NCBI GenBank assembly: GCA_963699755.1
Contig: CAVOVB010000007.1
Span: 371,814 to 435,813 of the forward strand
Direction of reading: 5' to 3'
DNA length: 64,000 bases
Origin: an uncultured delta proteobacterium
GTDB taxonomy: Bacteria; Myxococcota_A; Polyangia; Polyangiales; Houyiibacteriaceae
Made by a program: the position numbers and the translations under genes. Of the stretch, positions 42,758 through 52,339 are shown piece by piece. The notes under the pieces are model-generated. The model saw only the letters and a program-made list of their open reading frames with translations, searched no databases and was not told the DNA's origin. Within the stretch, counting starts at the first letter, position 1. Each line of letters starts with the position of its first letter.

Positions 42758-44140
42758 ATGTGGTTCTCGGGCTCACCCTCGACCAGACAGCGAGCTCGTG
42801 GTCGGAATGATTTCGGCGCGAAGCAGGCCGCGCTGGTAGCGACCCTCGTCCTCGCGGGCTGCCCTTCGAAGCGCGCCGAGCCGCTTGAAGAGGCGCCGCG
42901 CGACCCGCTCATCGATCGGGCGATGGCGTTCTATGAAACCCGCGCGTCCTACGAGCAGCCGGTCGTCGCGACGGCGGTCCCCAAGGGCCTGACCGACTTG
43001 CGCGCCGAGACCTGCGGCGCCTGCCATCAGGAGATTTACCAAGAATGGGCCGTGAGCACGCATAGGCGCGCCTGGCTCGACGACGCCCAGTTTCAAAAAG
43101 AGCTCGCAAAATCGAGGGGCGCCGACGACCCGGCGCGAGGGGACGTGAGCTGGTTATGCGTCAACTGCCACACGCCCGTCGTCGCACAGCTGGAGAAGCT
43201 CGTCGTGGGTTTGACCGACGGACGGATCGAGCGACCCGAGTACGTGATGAACCCGACCTTCGACGAGGCGTTGCAGCGCGACGCGGTCACCTGCGCAACC
43301 TGCCACGTTCGTGATGGCATCGTCTACGGCCCGTACGGGGACAGCCAGGCACCCCACCCCACGGCTAAGGACGGAGACCTCTTGAAGGTCGAGGTCTGCA
43401 CGCGATGCCATCAGGCCGAGCGCCTCTACACCTCGGAAAACCTCGGATGCTTCTTCAGCACGGGACGCGAGTGGGCCGCGTCGAGCTACGCAGAGGCCGG
43501 CCAAACCTGCCAGAGCTGTCACATGCCCGAGGTCGAACGGAAGCTCGCTGCCGGCTTCGATACCCCCGTCCGCAAGACCCGGCGGCACTGGTTCGGAGGG
43601 TCGCTCATCCCCAAAAAGCCGGAGTACGAAGCGGAGATCGCGCCACTACGAGAGATCTACGGCAACGGCCTGACCATCACGACGCAGCCGGTCACCGCAG
43701 AGCTCCGCGCCCTAGCCAAAGAGGCGCCGGCCCTCGCGGCTCAGGACCAGGCTCTGGCAGCGAAGAACACTCGCATCTGTCGACGATGCAAGAGCGAGCT
43801 CGCCATCGTCATCGCAAACGACCGGGCCGGACACTACATGCCGAGCGGCGATCCCGAGCGCCACGTCGACGTGGAAGTCACGGTGCGACGTGGCAGCAAG
43901 GTCGTTGGACGCGCATGGACACGGCTCGGTTCACGCTACGCCTGGTGGCCCGAGGTCACGCTGCTCGCCGATACCCGCATCCCGCCTGGTCAAAGGCGGG
44001 TGCTGGTCGTGCGCGTTCCGTCCGACGGAGAGGTGGAGGTCATCGCCATCAAGGCGCGGATGTACGAGGAGGCGTTCGAATACCATCAGCTCGAGGGGAG
44101 CTACGTCCGTGCCCGCGAGTTTTTCCGGAAAACATTCTGA
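42758..44140 (+). CDS. Pentaheme c-type cytochrome lipoprotein (cytochrome c554/c552-like)
   Basis: CGACH, CVNCH, CATCH, CTRCH, CQSCH; lipobox 'LAGC'; 'AGHYMPSG'; start uncertain. Confidence 0.88.
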   Translation: MWFSGSPSTRQRARGRNDFGAKQAALVATLVLAGCPSKRAEPLEEAPRDPLIDRAMAFYETRASYEQPVVATAVPKGLTDLRAETCGACHQEIYQEWAVSTHRRAWLDDAQFQKELAKSRGADDPARGDVSWLCVNCHTPVVAQLEKLVVGLTDGRIERPEYVMNPTFDEALQRDAVTCATCHVRDGIVYGPYGDSQAPHPTAKDGDLLKVEVCTRCHQAERLYTSENLGCFFSTGREWAASSYAEAGQTCQSCHMPEVERKLAAGFDTPVRKTRRHWFGGSLIPKKPEYEAEIAPLREIYGNGLTITTQPVTAELRALAKEAPALAAQDQALAAKNTRICRRCKSELAIVIANDRAGHYMPSGDPERHVDVEVTVRRGSKVVGRAWTRLGSRYAWWPEVTLLADTRIPPGQRRVLVVRVPSDGEVEVIAIKARMYEEAFEYHQLEGSYVRAREFFRKTF

Positions 44141-44171
44141 TGAACGACATGAGCGGAGGCTCGAGGCCGAC

Positions 44172-45398
44172 CTAGACTCCGAAGCGCGCCCTGTAGTCGG
44201 CAAACCGGTTTTCGATCTGCGCGACGTCGAGCCCGTAGTCCGCGATCTCGTAATCGTGCTCGCCTAGCTGCGCCTTCGGGTCCTCGGCGATGCGAGCCCG
44301 GAGCTGAGCAACGAGAGCGTCGCCGAACGGGAGGCCGAAGTGCTGGTATATCTCCTCGACGACCCCGAGCGTCCTCGAACGAAGATCGGCGAGCCGGACG
44401 TCATAGATCTGGGAGGAGGGGAGCGCGGCTCTCGCTTCGAGGCCGCGATCGATTCCGGCACGCGAGTAGTCCATCCAGAATTGCCCGACGTCGCAGAGGT
44501 CGAGGTCTCGTCGAAACTTCGATGCGATGCGAGCGGTGAGGCTGCATTGTGAGCCGATCGTACCGACCAGCTCTCGGTGGGTTTGAATCACCTGCGCATC
44601 CGGGTACACGGTCAGCAGAGCTTGCAGGTTCCAGAGGTGCCAGGGGCATTTGAGAAGCCAGCGGGTTGCAGAGCGTTGCGCCCAAAGAATCTGAAGCTGA
44701 CGCTTGTGCCATTCATAGGGACCGACCATGTCCCAGTCGAGCATGCGCGTTGCATACCCAAAATCGCCTAGACCAACGCAGAACTTCATGTTCGCCATGT
44801 CGTTCTCCAAGAGGAAGAAGTCCTCTTCTTCGCCGTCGACAGTGACGACGTGCACCTGGGCCTGCTCCGGAATCATGATTTCGTCCATCGCGACTTCATG
44901 CCCTGCGCGCCAACGACGCCAAGGTTCGTCGCCCATGAGGTCGCGCGTGCGACCGACGGGCCGTGCGAGCTCCCAGGTGCTCGCCGTGCGACTCGTCGGG
45001 TCCGCGGCCAGGACGCGGTGAAGGTACGTCGTCCCGGTTCGAAACAAGCCCGTAATGACGAGCGGACGGTCGATTCGGATGTCCTCTATATCGGGGCGCT
45101 GCTTGAGCGCCTCGACGATGCGCAGGCGGTTACTCAGGTGCCAATGCAGAATGTAGAGAATCCCGAAGCGTCCAAGCGTGTTCCAGTCGGTTTCGAGCAG
45201 GGTATCGACGGTCTCTTGCAATCGTCTACGAAGGTTTCCATCGGGATCGCCGTAGTCGTCGAGCCCAGTCGAGCGCTCTGCCCGTTTCATCGCGCGCTCG
45301 GGATCGATCCGGAAGAGCAGCTGGCGAACCGGATCGCCAAGAAGGGTGACCATCGAGAGCGGAAACGAAGGCCTGAGTGATTTCGGCGGTGGGCTCAT
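44172..45398 (-). CDS. Sulfotransferase family protein
   Basis: PAPS-binding 'ITGLFRTGTTYL', 'WLLKCPWH', 'QTHR'. Confidence 0.9.
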   Translation of the reverse strand: MSPPPKSLRPSFPLSMVTLLGDPVRQLLFRIDPERAMKRAERSTGLDDYGDPDGNLRRRLQETVDTLLETDWNTLGRFGILYILHWHLSNRLRIVEALKQRPDIEDIRIDRPLVITGLFRTGTTYLHRVLAADPTSRTASTWELARPVGRTRDLMGDEPWRRWRAGHEVAMDEIMIPEQAQVHVVTVDGEEEDFFLLENDMANMKFCVGLGDFGYATRMLDWDMVGPYEWHKRQLQILWAQRSATRWLLKCPWHLWNLQALLTVYPDAQVIQTHRELVGTIGSQCSLTARIASKFRRDLDLCDVGQFWMDYSRAGIDRGLEARAALPSSQIYDVRLADLRSRTLGVVEEIYQHFGLPFGDALVAQLRARIAEDPKAQLGEHDYEIADYGLDVAQIENRFADYRARFGV

Positions 45399-45514
45399 GG
45401 TGTGAAAGGACTCAGTGGCAGGGGGCAGAGCCAATTCCAAAGTCCTATCAAAGCTTATATACAGTGCGCGCGGCTTCGCATGACGTCTAGAAATGCGCGA
45501 ATCTGGTTTCGACG

Positions 45515-45545
45515 TCGGTTCTCAATTTGAGCCCGACGGCAACAG
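45515..45545 (+). repeat. Dispersed island repeat, copy C (degenerate)
   Basis: TCGGTTCTCAATTTGAGCCCGACGGCAACAG; 21/31 identical to copy A. Confidence 0.5.
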
Positions 45546-45573
45546 AGCTGATGCCCCTGGCATCTATCCAAGC

Positions 45574-47679
45574 TCAACCAGGTTGCGCTGGTTTTTTGCT
45601 GGGTGCTGCAGCCCGCGGTGTCGAAGGACGCTTTGCTTTCTCGCGTGCCTGCAGGGCCAACTGCCGCACCCTGGCGATGTCTTCATCGGAGAAAACGCCA
45701 TTCACACCCGAAATCGCAGCCAGCCGCATGCCGTGCTTCAACCCCAGTTTGTAGATTTCATGCACCTTTTCCCACTCGATGGTCCGGCCTAGGGTGAAAT
45801 TTTCGAACCGACCCTCGAGCGTGAGCACGATGGTCTCCGCAAGGCATGCATACACCACGTTGTGGTCTTCAAAACCGATTTGCTTCATGCGCACTTTGCC
45901 CGGCAAGTATACCTCGCCCGATTCGATGACCAACACATCAGGACGTTTGGCGACTTCTTCGGCGGGCAGGTCGAGTGGCCGCGCCACGTCGGTGATCACA
46001 CAGCCCGGCTTCACTTTCATGATATCGAGAATCTTCTTTCCAGCGCCGGAGGTTGCCGTGACGATCATATCCATGTCGCTGATGCTGCGGTCACTGTCTG
46101 CATAGGAAGCCAGTACCAGCTTTGCCTCGGGTGATTCTCTGAGTATCGACTTCTCGAGCACCAGGAGCTTTGCGGATTCCGGCGACACGAGGTGGACTTC
46201 CTCCGCTGTCCGGGCCAAGAGCCTGGCGCAGGCCGAGCCGATCGCACCGGTGGCGCCGACCACCATCGCCTTTCCCTTGATTTTCCTGCCCTTCTCGAGC
46301 TCGACCAAGCCCAGCCTGGCGGCGGCATCATGCGCTGCCCACAGGGCGCCCGAGGCGCTGTAGCTATTGCCGGTGGTGATAGGCAGCGGGGCGCGCTTGG
46401 CCACGGTGACCCCGGCGTCTCCGACCACTTTGGTGAAGGCCCCGAGACCCATGATCTGCGCGCCCATCTTCTTGGCCATGTCTGCGGCCGCCAAGAGTTG
46501 ACGATACGTGAACTCGGGACTGTGAGACATGATCTGTTTGGGCGTGCCCCCGACAGTAATCAGCCACCCTTGGGCCTCCACCCCTGAGGGAGACCGAATG
46601 CCCTCGACTTTCGAGTACACCATAGGCGGTGTGTGGGCGATCGCCTTTTCGACGACATCCATCACCGCCGGCGGCGACACTTTCGACAGAATCTCCAAAG
46701 GCTTCAGGTTCGTCAGGTATTTCTGCGAGAGCGGGTGGATCACAAACGCGAAGCGATTGATCTGTTTCTTGCCCTCGATTGGGTAGATGATTCTGGGTTT
46801 GAGATCCAGATCGGTGAATATCTCCAGGTAGTCGTCGTGCGAGATCTCCTTCGCAGGTTTGCCCAGCGCCGCCAGAATCATTGCCCCGACGATATTCAGG
46901 CCCACGGTCTGCTCAAATGGCTGGATGCTGCAGTCGATCACGACCCGAACCCCCCGTTCCTTCAGGACCTCCTGCCGGTCGGGGGAAATCGTCGAGGTCA
47001 GCACGACCTTCCCTTCCAGTTCCCCCGGACCATATCGCTCGAGCTGGTGGTAGGACGCGACAATGACATCCGCATCCCGTACCGCTTTCTTCAGAAGGAA
47101 TCTGTTGAACAGCTTCCCGGGCGCCAACGACGGTAGCAACCCGCCTTCGGGACCGAATCGCAGCACCGGGTGACTAGCCGCTGCATACCGTTCCAGGCCG
47201 CTCAATGAATGCAGGAGGCTCGGAGCGCCGAACTGGAGAACCGGATCGGCAAAGGACAAGTTCTGGGTGAACTCCGCCATGACGGACGCCAAGCGATAGT
47301 TGGTCGTGCCTGACAGGAACAACACCTTTGCATTGTTGAAGAAATTGCGTAGCTCGTGCTGGGCCGAGCGCAACGACCACTCCTGCACCATCTCCCGTAG
47401 CCGCGCGCCGGTGCTAACAAGGGTATCACCAGCCAGCTTTTCGAGCTTTGCGGTATCGCGTTGATGAAAATAATGGGTTCCCACGAAATAGTGATCGTGC
47501 ACCAAGCCGAGCCCGATGGCGTCGACCTTGTCCCGCCACTCGACGATGAGCTTCTCAGCTGCCTCAAAATCGTGATCGGTACCAATGCGCACGACATTGA
47601 AATCGTGGCCGAGGAATTGGGCTCTGAAGTTACAGTCGAGACTGTCGGGACCCAGGCTGATACTGGCGATGTGTTTCAT
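45574..47679 (-). CDS. Two-domain dehydrogenase; C-terminal half resembles acyl-ACP reductase
   Basis: 'RFAFVIHPL', 'GLGAFTKVVG', 'TTGNSYS', Rossmann 'VVGATGAIGS', 'DVARP', 'ACLAETIVLTLEG'. Confidence 0.8.
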   Translation of the reverse strand: MKHIASISLGPDSLDCNFRAQFLGHDFNVVRIGTDHDFEAAEKLIVEWRDKVDAIGLGLVHDHYFVGTHYFHQRDTAKLEKLAGDTLVSTGARLREMVQEWSLRSAQHELRNFFNNAKVLFLSGTTNYRLASVMAEFTQNLSFADPVLQFGAPSLLHSLSGLERYAAASHPVLRFGPEGGLLPSLAPGKLFNRFLLKKAVRDADVIVASYHQLERYGPGELEGKVVLTSTISPDRQEVLKERGVRVVIDCSIQPFEQTVGLNIVGAMILAALGKPAKEISHDDYLEIFTDLDLKPRIIYPIEGKKQINRFAFVIHPLSQKYLTNLKPLEILSKVSPPAVMDVVEKAIAHTPPMVYSKVEGIRSPSGVEAQGWLITVGGTPKQIMSHSPEFTYRQLLAAADMAKKMGAQIMGLGAFTKVVGDAGVTVAKRAPLPITTGNSYSASGALWAAHDAAARLGLVELEKGRKIKGKAMVVGATGAIGSACARLLARTAEEVHLVSPESAKLLVLEKSILRESPEAKLVLASYADSDRSISDMDMIVTATSGAGKKILDIMKVKPGCVITDVARPLDLPAEEVAKRPDVLVIESGEVYLPGKVRMKQIGFEDHNVVYACLAETIVLTLEGRFENFTLGRTIEWEKVHEIYKLGLKHGMRLAAISGVNGVFSDEDIARVRQLALQAREKAKRPSTPRAAAPSKKPAQPG

Positions 47680-48453
47680 AGGTGCTCTTCCCGCGCTGTG
47701 AAAACCAAGTGCCTAAGTTACAGGCTTCCCGTCGCCAGAACCAGCGACCATCTTGGTGAGCAGCCAGCACCCCAAAAAACAAAGATTCTGCCGACCTTGG
47801 CCGAAAGGGAGCGCGTGCTCGGTGATTGCCGTGGGTTGTCGTGAGCTGGGAGTCATCGGCGATTGGGGGCGAGGGCAGCCCGGCGACGTCTTCGACAAGC
47901 GAGACACCGCCTCGACCCGCGACGGATGGCCTCAGTGGATCTTCCAACGGCCGCGGTCGCCTCCGGACTCGGGGCGATGCTTTCGCATGACGAGATCGAA
48001 GCTCACGACGCCGAGATTGCAGACGCTGGTCACCCGCTCTTGGAACAGCCCGCTTGGGGAGTATTCATGGTGCGAGGCAACCACGAATCGATAGGCAAGA
48101 AGGATCGCGCTTCGAGGGCTGTCCTCGCCGGCCTCTCGTAGTGGAATGCGAACGCCGAGGTTGCCGCATGCACCGAGCGTTCTGTCAGGTAGCAGCACCT
48201 CGGTGTGACCGTCGTCGCTAAACACGATCTGCTTTTCGTTGATCGGATGACTGCAGTAGAATCCGCCCGCGAGGAACGGGGCGATGACGCTTGGCTGATC
48301 CTTGGGAATGCACAGATCAAACGTGAACGGAGGCGCGTCTCCCGATGTAGTGATCCTCCGGTCTCTCCGCCCACTGGAGCGTCGCCCGTCCCGCGAACAT
48401 GCAGGATGTCCACGGCGTGGTCGATCTGGGGATGCAGCGCAACCGCGTCGTCG

Positions 48454-48485
48454 AAAAACAAAGCCCGGGTCGAGCCCGGGCTTTG
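48454..48485 (-). terminator. Intrinsic terminator of the Hsp20 cluster
   Basis: Minus strand AAAGCCCGGG-CTCGA-CCCGGGCTTT followed by GTTTTT. Confidence 0.85.
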
Positions 48486-48528
48486 AAGGCACAGGAGTGC
48501 GGCCCGCCGCCAGTGCAACCGCTGGCAT

Positions 48529-48801
48529 TCAGGTCGCGGTGACCGGAACGCTCACGGGTGCGGGCCTTGCTTGCTTGGGGATTTGAATGGTCAGCACGCC
48601 GCCGCGCAGGGCCGCCCGCGCCTCGTTGGCGTCGAGGTAGTCAGGGAGCGAGAAGCAACGATACCAATCCTCACCGAGCCGCTCTCCCCACAGCGGTTTG
48701 TCGCTGGGCTCTTCGCCACGGGCACGTGCTGTCCAGTCACGCGATCGGCCGTACGGCGAATCGCGTTGCGCATGCGCTCGATGAAATTGTTTATCGTTCA
48801 C
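48529..48801 (-). pseudogene. Third Hsp20 copy, internally deleted or degenerate
   Basis: C-terminal alpha-crystallin motifs 'RCFSLPDYLD...GGVLTIQIPK...SVPV' but N-terminal strands missing. Confidence 0.6.
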
Positions 48802-48824
48802 CTCGTCATCGCGCTCCGTTCGAG

Positions 48825-49208
48825 CTAGGAGCCGCGGACTTCGATGCGCTTTGGCTTGGCGGCTTCCGACTTTGCCAAATGGACACGCAACACTCCTTGA
48901 GAGAGCTCGGCGCTCACGCCGTTCGGATCCACTGTGTTTGGCACTCGGAATACGCGCGAGAACGCAAGAGCGCGGGTTTCGGCTTGCCCTTCGGGTGCGG
49001 CCTGCGTTCCTTCGATGAGAAGCTCGGAACGATCGAGCCGCACTGAGAGCGCATGTTTCGGCACGCCCGGGAAATCCGCCACGACCAGGATCTCGTCCTG
49101 GCTCTCGTAGATGTCCACCGGCGGTGTGACGGTCACGACCTGGGCTTCCTCTGGCTGGTCGAGACTAGTCGCTTGACGTTGGGTCAGGGCAGTGGCTTGA
49201 GTAGTCAT
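48825..49208 (-). CDS. Hsp20/alpha-crystallin small heat-shock protein
   Basis: 'PPVDIYE', 'ADFPGV', 'GVLRVHLAKSEAAKPKRIEV'; GGAGG RBS. Confidence 0.92.
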   Translation of the reverse strand: MTTQATALTQRQATSLDQPEEAQVVTVTPPVDIYESQDEILVVADFPGVPKHALSVRLDRSELLIEGTQAAPEGQAETRALAFSRVFRVPNTVDPNGVSAELSQGVLRVHLAKSEAAKPKRIEVRGS

Positions 49209-49225
49209 CGTCTCACCTCCCTTGG

Positions 49226-49711
49226 TTACGAAACCTTCACTTGGATTTGCCGCGGCTGCTCCTCGGCCACCTTCGGCAAGGTCATTTCGAGAATCCCGTT
49301 TTTCAGGTTGGCCGTGGCCTTCTCGGCGTCGATGCGGCAGGGGAGTGTGAAGCTTCGCGCGAACGAGCGGTTGCCCCTCTCCTGTCGGTGCACGGAGTAG
49401 CCCTCCGGCACTTCGCTCATGCGTTGGCCACGGATCGTCAGCGAGCTCTGCTCCATGGAGATGTCGAGATCCTTCTCCGAAACCCCCGGCACCTCGGCGC
49501 GGAGCCGAAGCTCTGAGCCGGAGTCGTAGAGCGCGATGCGAGGCCATGCCGAGCCGGCGAACGTGCCGCCCTGCGCGCGTGCATCGCGGCCCCCGTCCCA
49601 GCCCCGCTCGAAGTCGAGGAAGAGACGATCCATCTGGTTTCGAAGGTCGTTCAGTGCCGACAGCTCGCGGTCGAGACCTCCGAAGCCCAGCTCATTCCAT
49701 CGTGTCAACAT
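49226..49711 (-). CDS. Hsp20/alpha-crystallin small heat-shock protein
   Basis: 'AEVPGV', 'FARSFTLP', 'NGILEMTLPK..PRQIQV'; AGGAGG RBS. Confidence 0.95.
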   Translation of the reverse strand: MLTRWNELGFGGLDRELSALNDLRNQMDRLFLDFERGWDGGRDARAQGGTFAGSAWPRIALYDSGSELRLRAEVPGVSEKDLDISMEQSSLTIRGQRMSEVPEGYSVHRQERGNRSFARSFTLPCRIDAEKATANLKNGILEMTLPKVAEEQPRQIQVKVS

Positions 49712-49753
49712 CGTGTAACCTCCTTTCGTGATGCCTCGTAAGAGGCGCTTCTC

Positions 49754-49773
49754 ATGGATGAGTAATCATCCAT
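49754..49773. promoter_or_regulatory. Palindromic operator candidate upstream of the Hsp20 cluster
   Basis: ATGGATGA-GTAA-TCATCCAT, next to a sigma32-like -35 CCCCCTTGA on the minus strand. Confidence 0.45.
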
Positions 49774-50042
49774 CGGAGCGGATCAAGGGGGTGTTGACAG
49801 CCTGCGAGGGATGTCTAGAAATTTCCGAAGATGGCGGTCTCCCGCCTGCTGTGGAAGGGAATGTCGGAGTACTTCGATCGCTTCGGCAGGAGGGCAGGTC
49901 TGAGCTTCCCGATGATGCGGGCTTTGGGGGGCAGGCCACGACACCGGCCCTTGAGGCGTCGGGGTGTGTGTACCTGACCACATGCCGGAGAGGAATGGGT
50001 CGGGGTGTTCGCGCGCAGCCGACCGTCATGGGTCCATAGAAA

Positions 50043-50059
50043 TTGGCACAATTGGCGCT
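50043..50059 (+). promoter_or_regulatory. Candidate sigma54 (-24/-12) promoter
   Basis: TTGGCACAATTGGCGCT with GG-N10-GC spacing, about 90 bp before the 50147 ORF. Confidence 0.45.
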
Positions 50060-50146
50060 GAAATATCGGAGATTTTGGTGAACGCCGTTCATCCACCTAT
50101 CCTGTTCGATGGCCGGGTATTCGCCCCGGGGAACAGGGAACCACTC

Positions 50147-51658
50147 GTGCTATTGAGAACACGTCTTGCGATACTCCTGCTATTCGCATCGGGCGCTGCG
50201 ACGGACCGCGGAGCAACCGTGGTCGAGGAGGGAGGGGCACGCGCTGCGACGATCGACTCGTCCCGGCAATTGCCCGATGAGATGGTCCGGTTTTCGACTT
50301 CAGTGATCAAGGCGCTAAACGACGGCGACGCGAAGCCGCCTGCGAGCAACAGCTATAGTCACCAGAGGTTCTTGGGCCGGAGAGAGCCACTCGGCGAGCC
50401 ACATATTCAACTGGAGTCGACCGACGCACACTCCATGCTCGCGTCGACCGACTGCTCCGGCTGGCTCAGCTTCGCGCTCAACACGGTCTCGCCTCTCCAT
50501 GAAGCCGTCCTGCAGTCGCAGCGGAAACGGCATGAGTACAACCGCGTCTATTCCGAGGACTTCGTGTTGCGGGAAAGTCGGAGACCATGGGCGCGAGCAT
50601 TCGTCGTCACCCATCATTTCCGGGGTGAGCAGGCGAACGCGACCGGCTTTGAGCCCGTTCCGAACTTCGAATACCTGCAGTCGGGCGATATCGGTGCCTA
50701 CGCGATGGGACGCTACGCCAAGCCATCCGATGAAAGCCGCCCCAAGCCCACCGATACTGGACACGTCTTCGTCGTGGTGGGTCCGCCAACCGTGGTCGAT
50801 CCGGCCACCAAGGGCTACGATGGCCGCGGAACGCTTCGCGAGGACGCGGCGAAAGTCATCGCCGTGCCAGTGATCGACTCGAGCGCAACCGTTCACTTTG
50901 ATCCGGACTCTAGGAAGAACGGGGAAGCGCGTTACTCCTTGCCGGAGTTTCGTCCTCATCCTCGTACAAGAGCTGGTGGGGTGGGCACCGGCACGATTTG
51001 GTTCGCCCTCAGCAAAGAGGGGCACGTCCTGCAGCGGCGTCTGGGCCCCAGACAGAAATATCGCCCAGTGCTCGCACGTGCTGCCCGCCTGCACGCGCGC
51101 ATTTCTCTCGACGAGGCGATTTCGGATGATGGAGGTGCTCTGCTGGTGCGCGTCTTCGAGAACTCTCGCTCTGAGTTCGACGGTGCCTCTTATGGGGATG
51201 CGCCAGTCCATCTCACCGGCAAGGGCGGTCTTCGTCTCGCCAGCGGACGGCTTGTCTTGAATGGTCACAACGATTTCTCTGGAGGCGTAACCGTTCAGTC
51301 CGCAGACTTGATCGTCGCGTCACCAACCGCGCTAGGCACTGGCGACGTCGCGGTCCATGGAGGGTCGGTGACGCTTCAACAGCCCGCGATAGGGGAGTCC
51401 GCAATGCTCAGTGTCGCCGAGAGTCTGCCCGATGGGGCGATTCGCCTCGATTTTGACGGAAGCAACGTCGTGCGAGCCCTCGAAATCGGAGAGACGACGC
51501 ACGACTGTGGGACCTGGGGCGGACCCGAGTCTGGAGCCACGTTCGTCCATCCGGTCTTCTCCGGTCCCGGTGTCCTAAAGCTTGCCACCCAATCGAACGA
51601 GACATGCGTACTGGCTCCCGCGCCTCCTGAACCGGGGACTGTTCCACAGGAGGAGTAG
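50147..51658 (+). CDS. Secreted protein: NlpC/P60-like N-terminus + autotransporter passenger-associated beta-strand repeat
   Basis: Signal peptide; 'DCSGWLSFAL', 'GDI', 'TGHVFVV'; 'GRLVLNGHNDFSGGVTVQSADL...ALGTGDV'; start estimated. Confidence 0.6.
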   Translation: MLLRTRLAILLLFASGAATDRGATVVEEGGARAATIDSSRQLPDEMVRFSTSVIKALNDGDAKPPASNSYSHQRFLGRREPLGEPHIQLESTDAHSMLASTDCSGWLSFALNTVSPLHEAVLQSQRKRHEYNRVYSEDFVLRESRRPWARAFVVTHHFRGEQANATGFEPVPNFEYLQSGDIGAYAMGRYAKPSDESRPKPTDTGHVFVVVGPPTVVDPATKGYDGRGTLREDAAKVIAVPVIDSSATVHFDPDSRKNGEARYSLPEFRPHPRTRAGGVGTGTIWFALSKEGHVLQRRLGPRQKYRPVLARAARLHARISLDEAISDDGGALLVRVFENSRSEFDGASYGDAPVHLTGKGGLRLASGRLVLNGHNDFSGGVTVQSADLIVASPTALGTGDVAVHGGSVTLQQPAIGESAMLSVAESLPDGAIRLDFDGSNVVRALEIGETTHDCGTWGGPESGATFVHPVFSGPGVLKLATQSNETCVLAPAPPEPGTVPQEE

Positions 51659-51788
51659 TCGGGACAGAGCCGGAAGCGTGACGAAATCGACAATACGCGC
51701 TCGAAGTTGCACGGTTGTTGGAATCAGGTGAGCCCCCTGTTCGGGTTGATCAGGAATTTCGCCCCTGTCGCCCGTTCTCCGTACACCG

Positions 51789-52172
51789 ATGGTGGGGAGG
51801 CTCGTGATGCCAGTTGATGGGGGCCAGGTTGGCTGGAAGTTCTGGCGGCGCTGGGCGTTGGCCAGCTCCGTAGCCTGGTTTGCGGGCTTGCTATTGGGCT
51901 TCGTAGCGGCCAGTGCTTCTGAGCCCGTTCTTGGGATCGATCCCCTTCAAGGAATACTTGCGTATTTCATCCTGGGAGTCTGTCCCGGCGCCGGTGTCGG
52001 CGTCGCGCAATGGCTGGTCCTGAGGAAACTATCGTTCCTTGATTTTCCGAGCCCAGTCGTCGGCGATGGACTTGGCAGCATCGCGACCGCCGAGCCCGAA
52101 CGCGAGCGCGGCCGCAACGGCAACGCTGCCCAGGGTGAAACCAAACGCCATGCTGACGATGTTGTCGGCTAG
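51789..52172 (+). pseudogene. 5' fragment of a membrane protein
   Basis: 'WKFWRRWALAS...VGVAQWLVLRK' then runs into the antisense of the opposite fragment. Confidence 0.5.
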
Positions 52173-52277
52173 GCCCACGGCCTTCAGGCCCATGGCCTTC
52201 AGGCCCATGGCGAGCACCAAGCCAAGGATCGCGATTCGGGCAATGTTGGCGAGCCCGGGGCTCCCGTGCTCCGTCAG
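52029..52277 (-). pseudogene. 3' fragment of a CmpX/MscS-associated TM-helix protein
   Basis: 'ANIARIAIL...GLADNIVSMAFGFTLGSVAVAAALAFGLGGRDAA'; cut off at the IS110 junction; internal 15-bp duplication. Confidence 0.65.
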
Positions 52278-52339
52278 CTGATATGTAGCGACCGGTCAAC
52301 AGAGATGATGGGGTTTCCTTTGTGTCCTTAGTGTCCTTT

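Noticed and set aside
47700..48450. ORFs between the reductase and the Hsp20 terminator
   Set aside because: No recognisable motifs or convincing start; probably decayed sequence, so no call is made.
49794..49821. TTGACA-N16-TAGAAA sigma70-like promoter on the plus strand
   Set aside because: Imperfect -10 and spacing, and no gene start within about 300 bp.
51719..51745. Possible fifth copy of the island repeat (TGAGCCC core)
   Set aside because: Arms do not align without gaps; could be chance.
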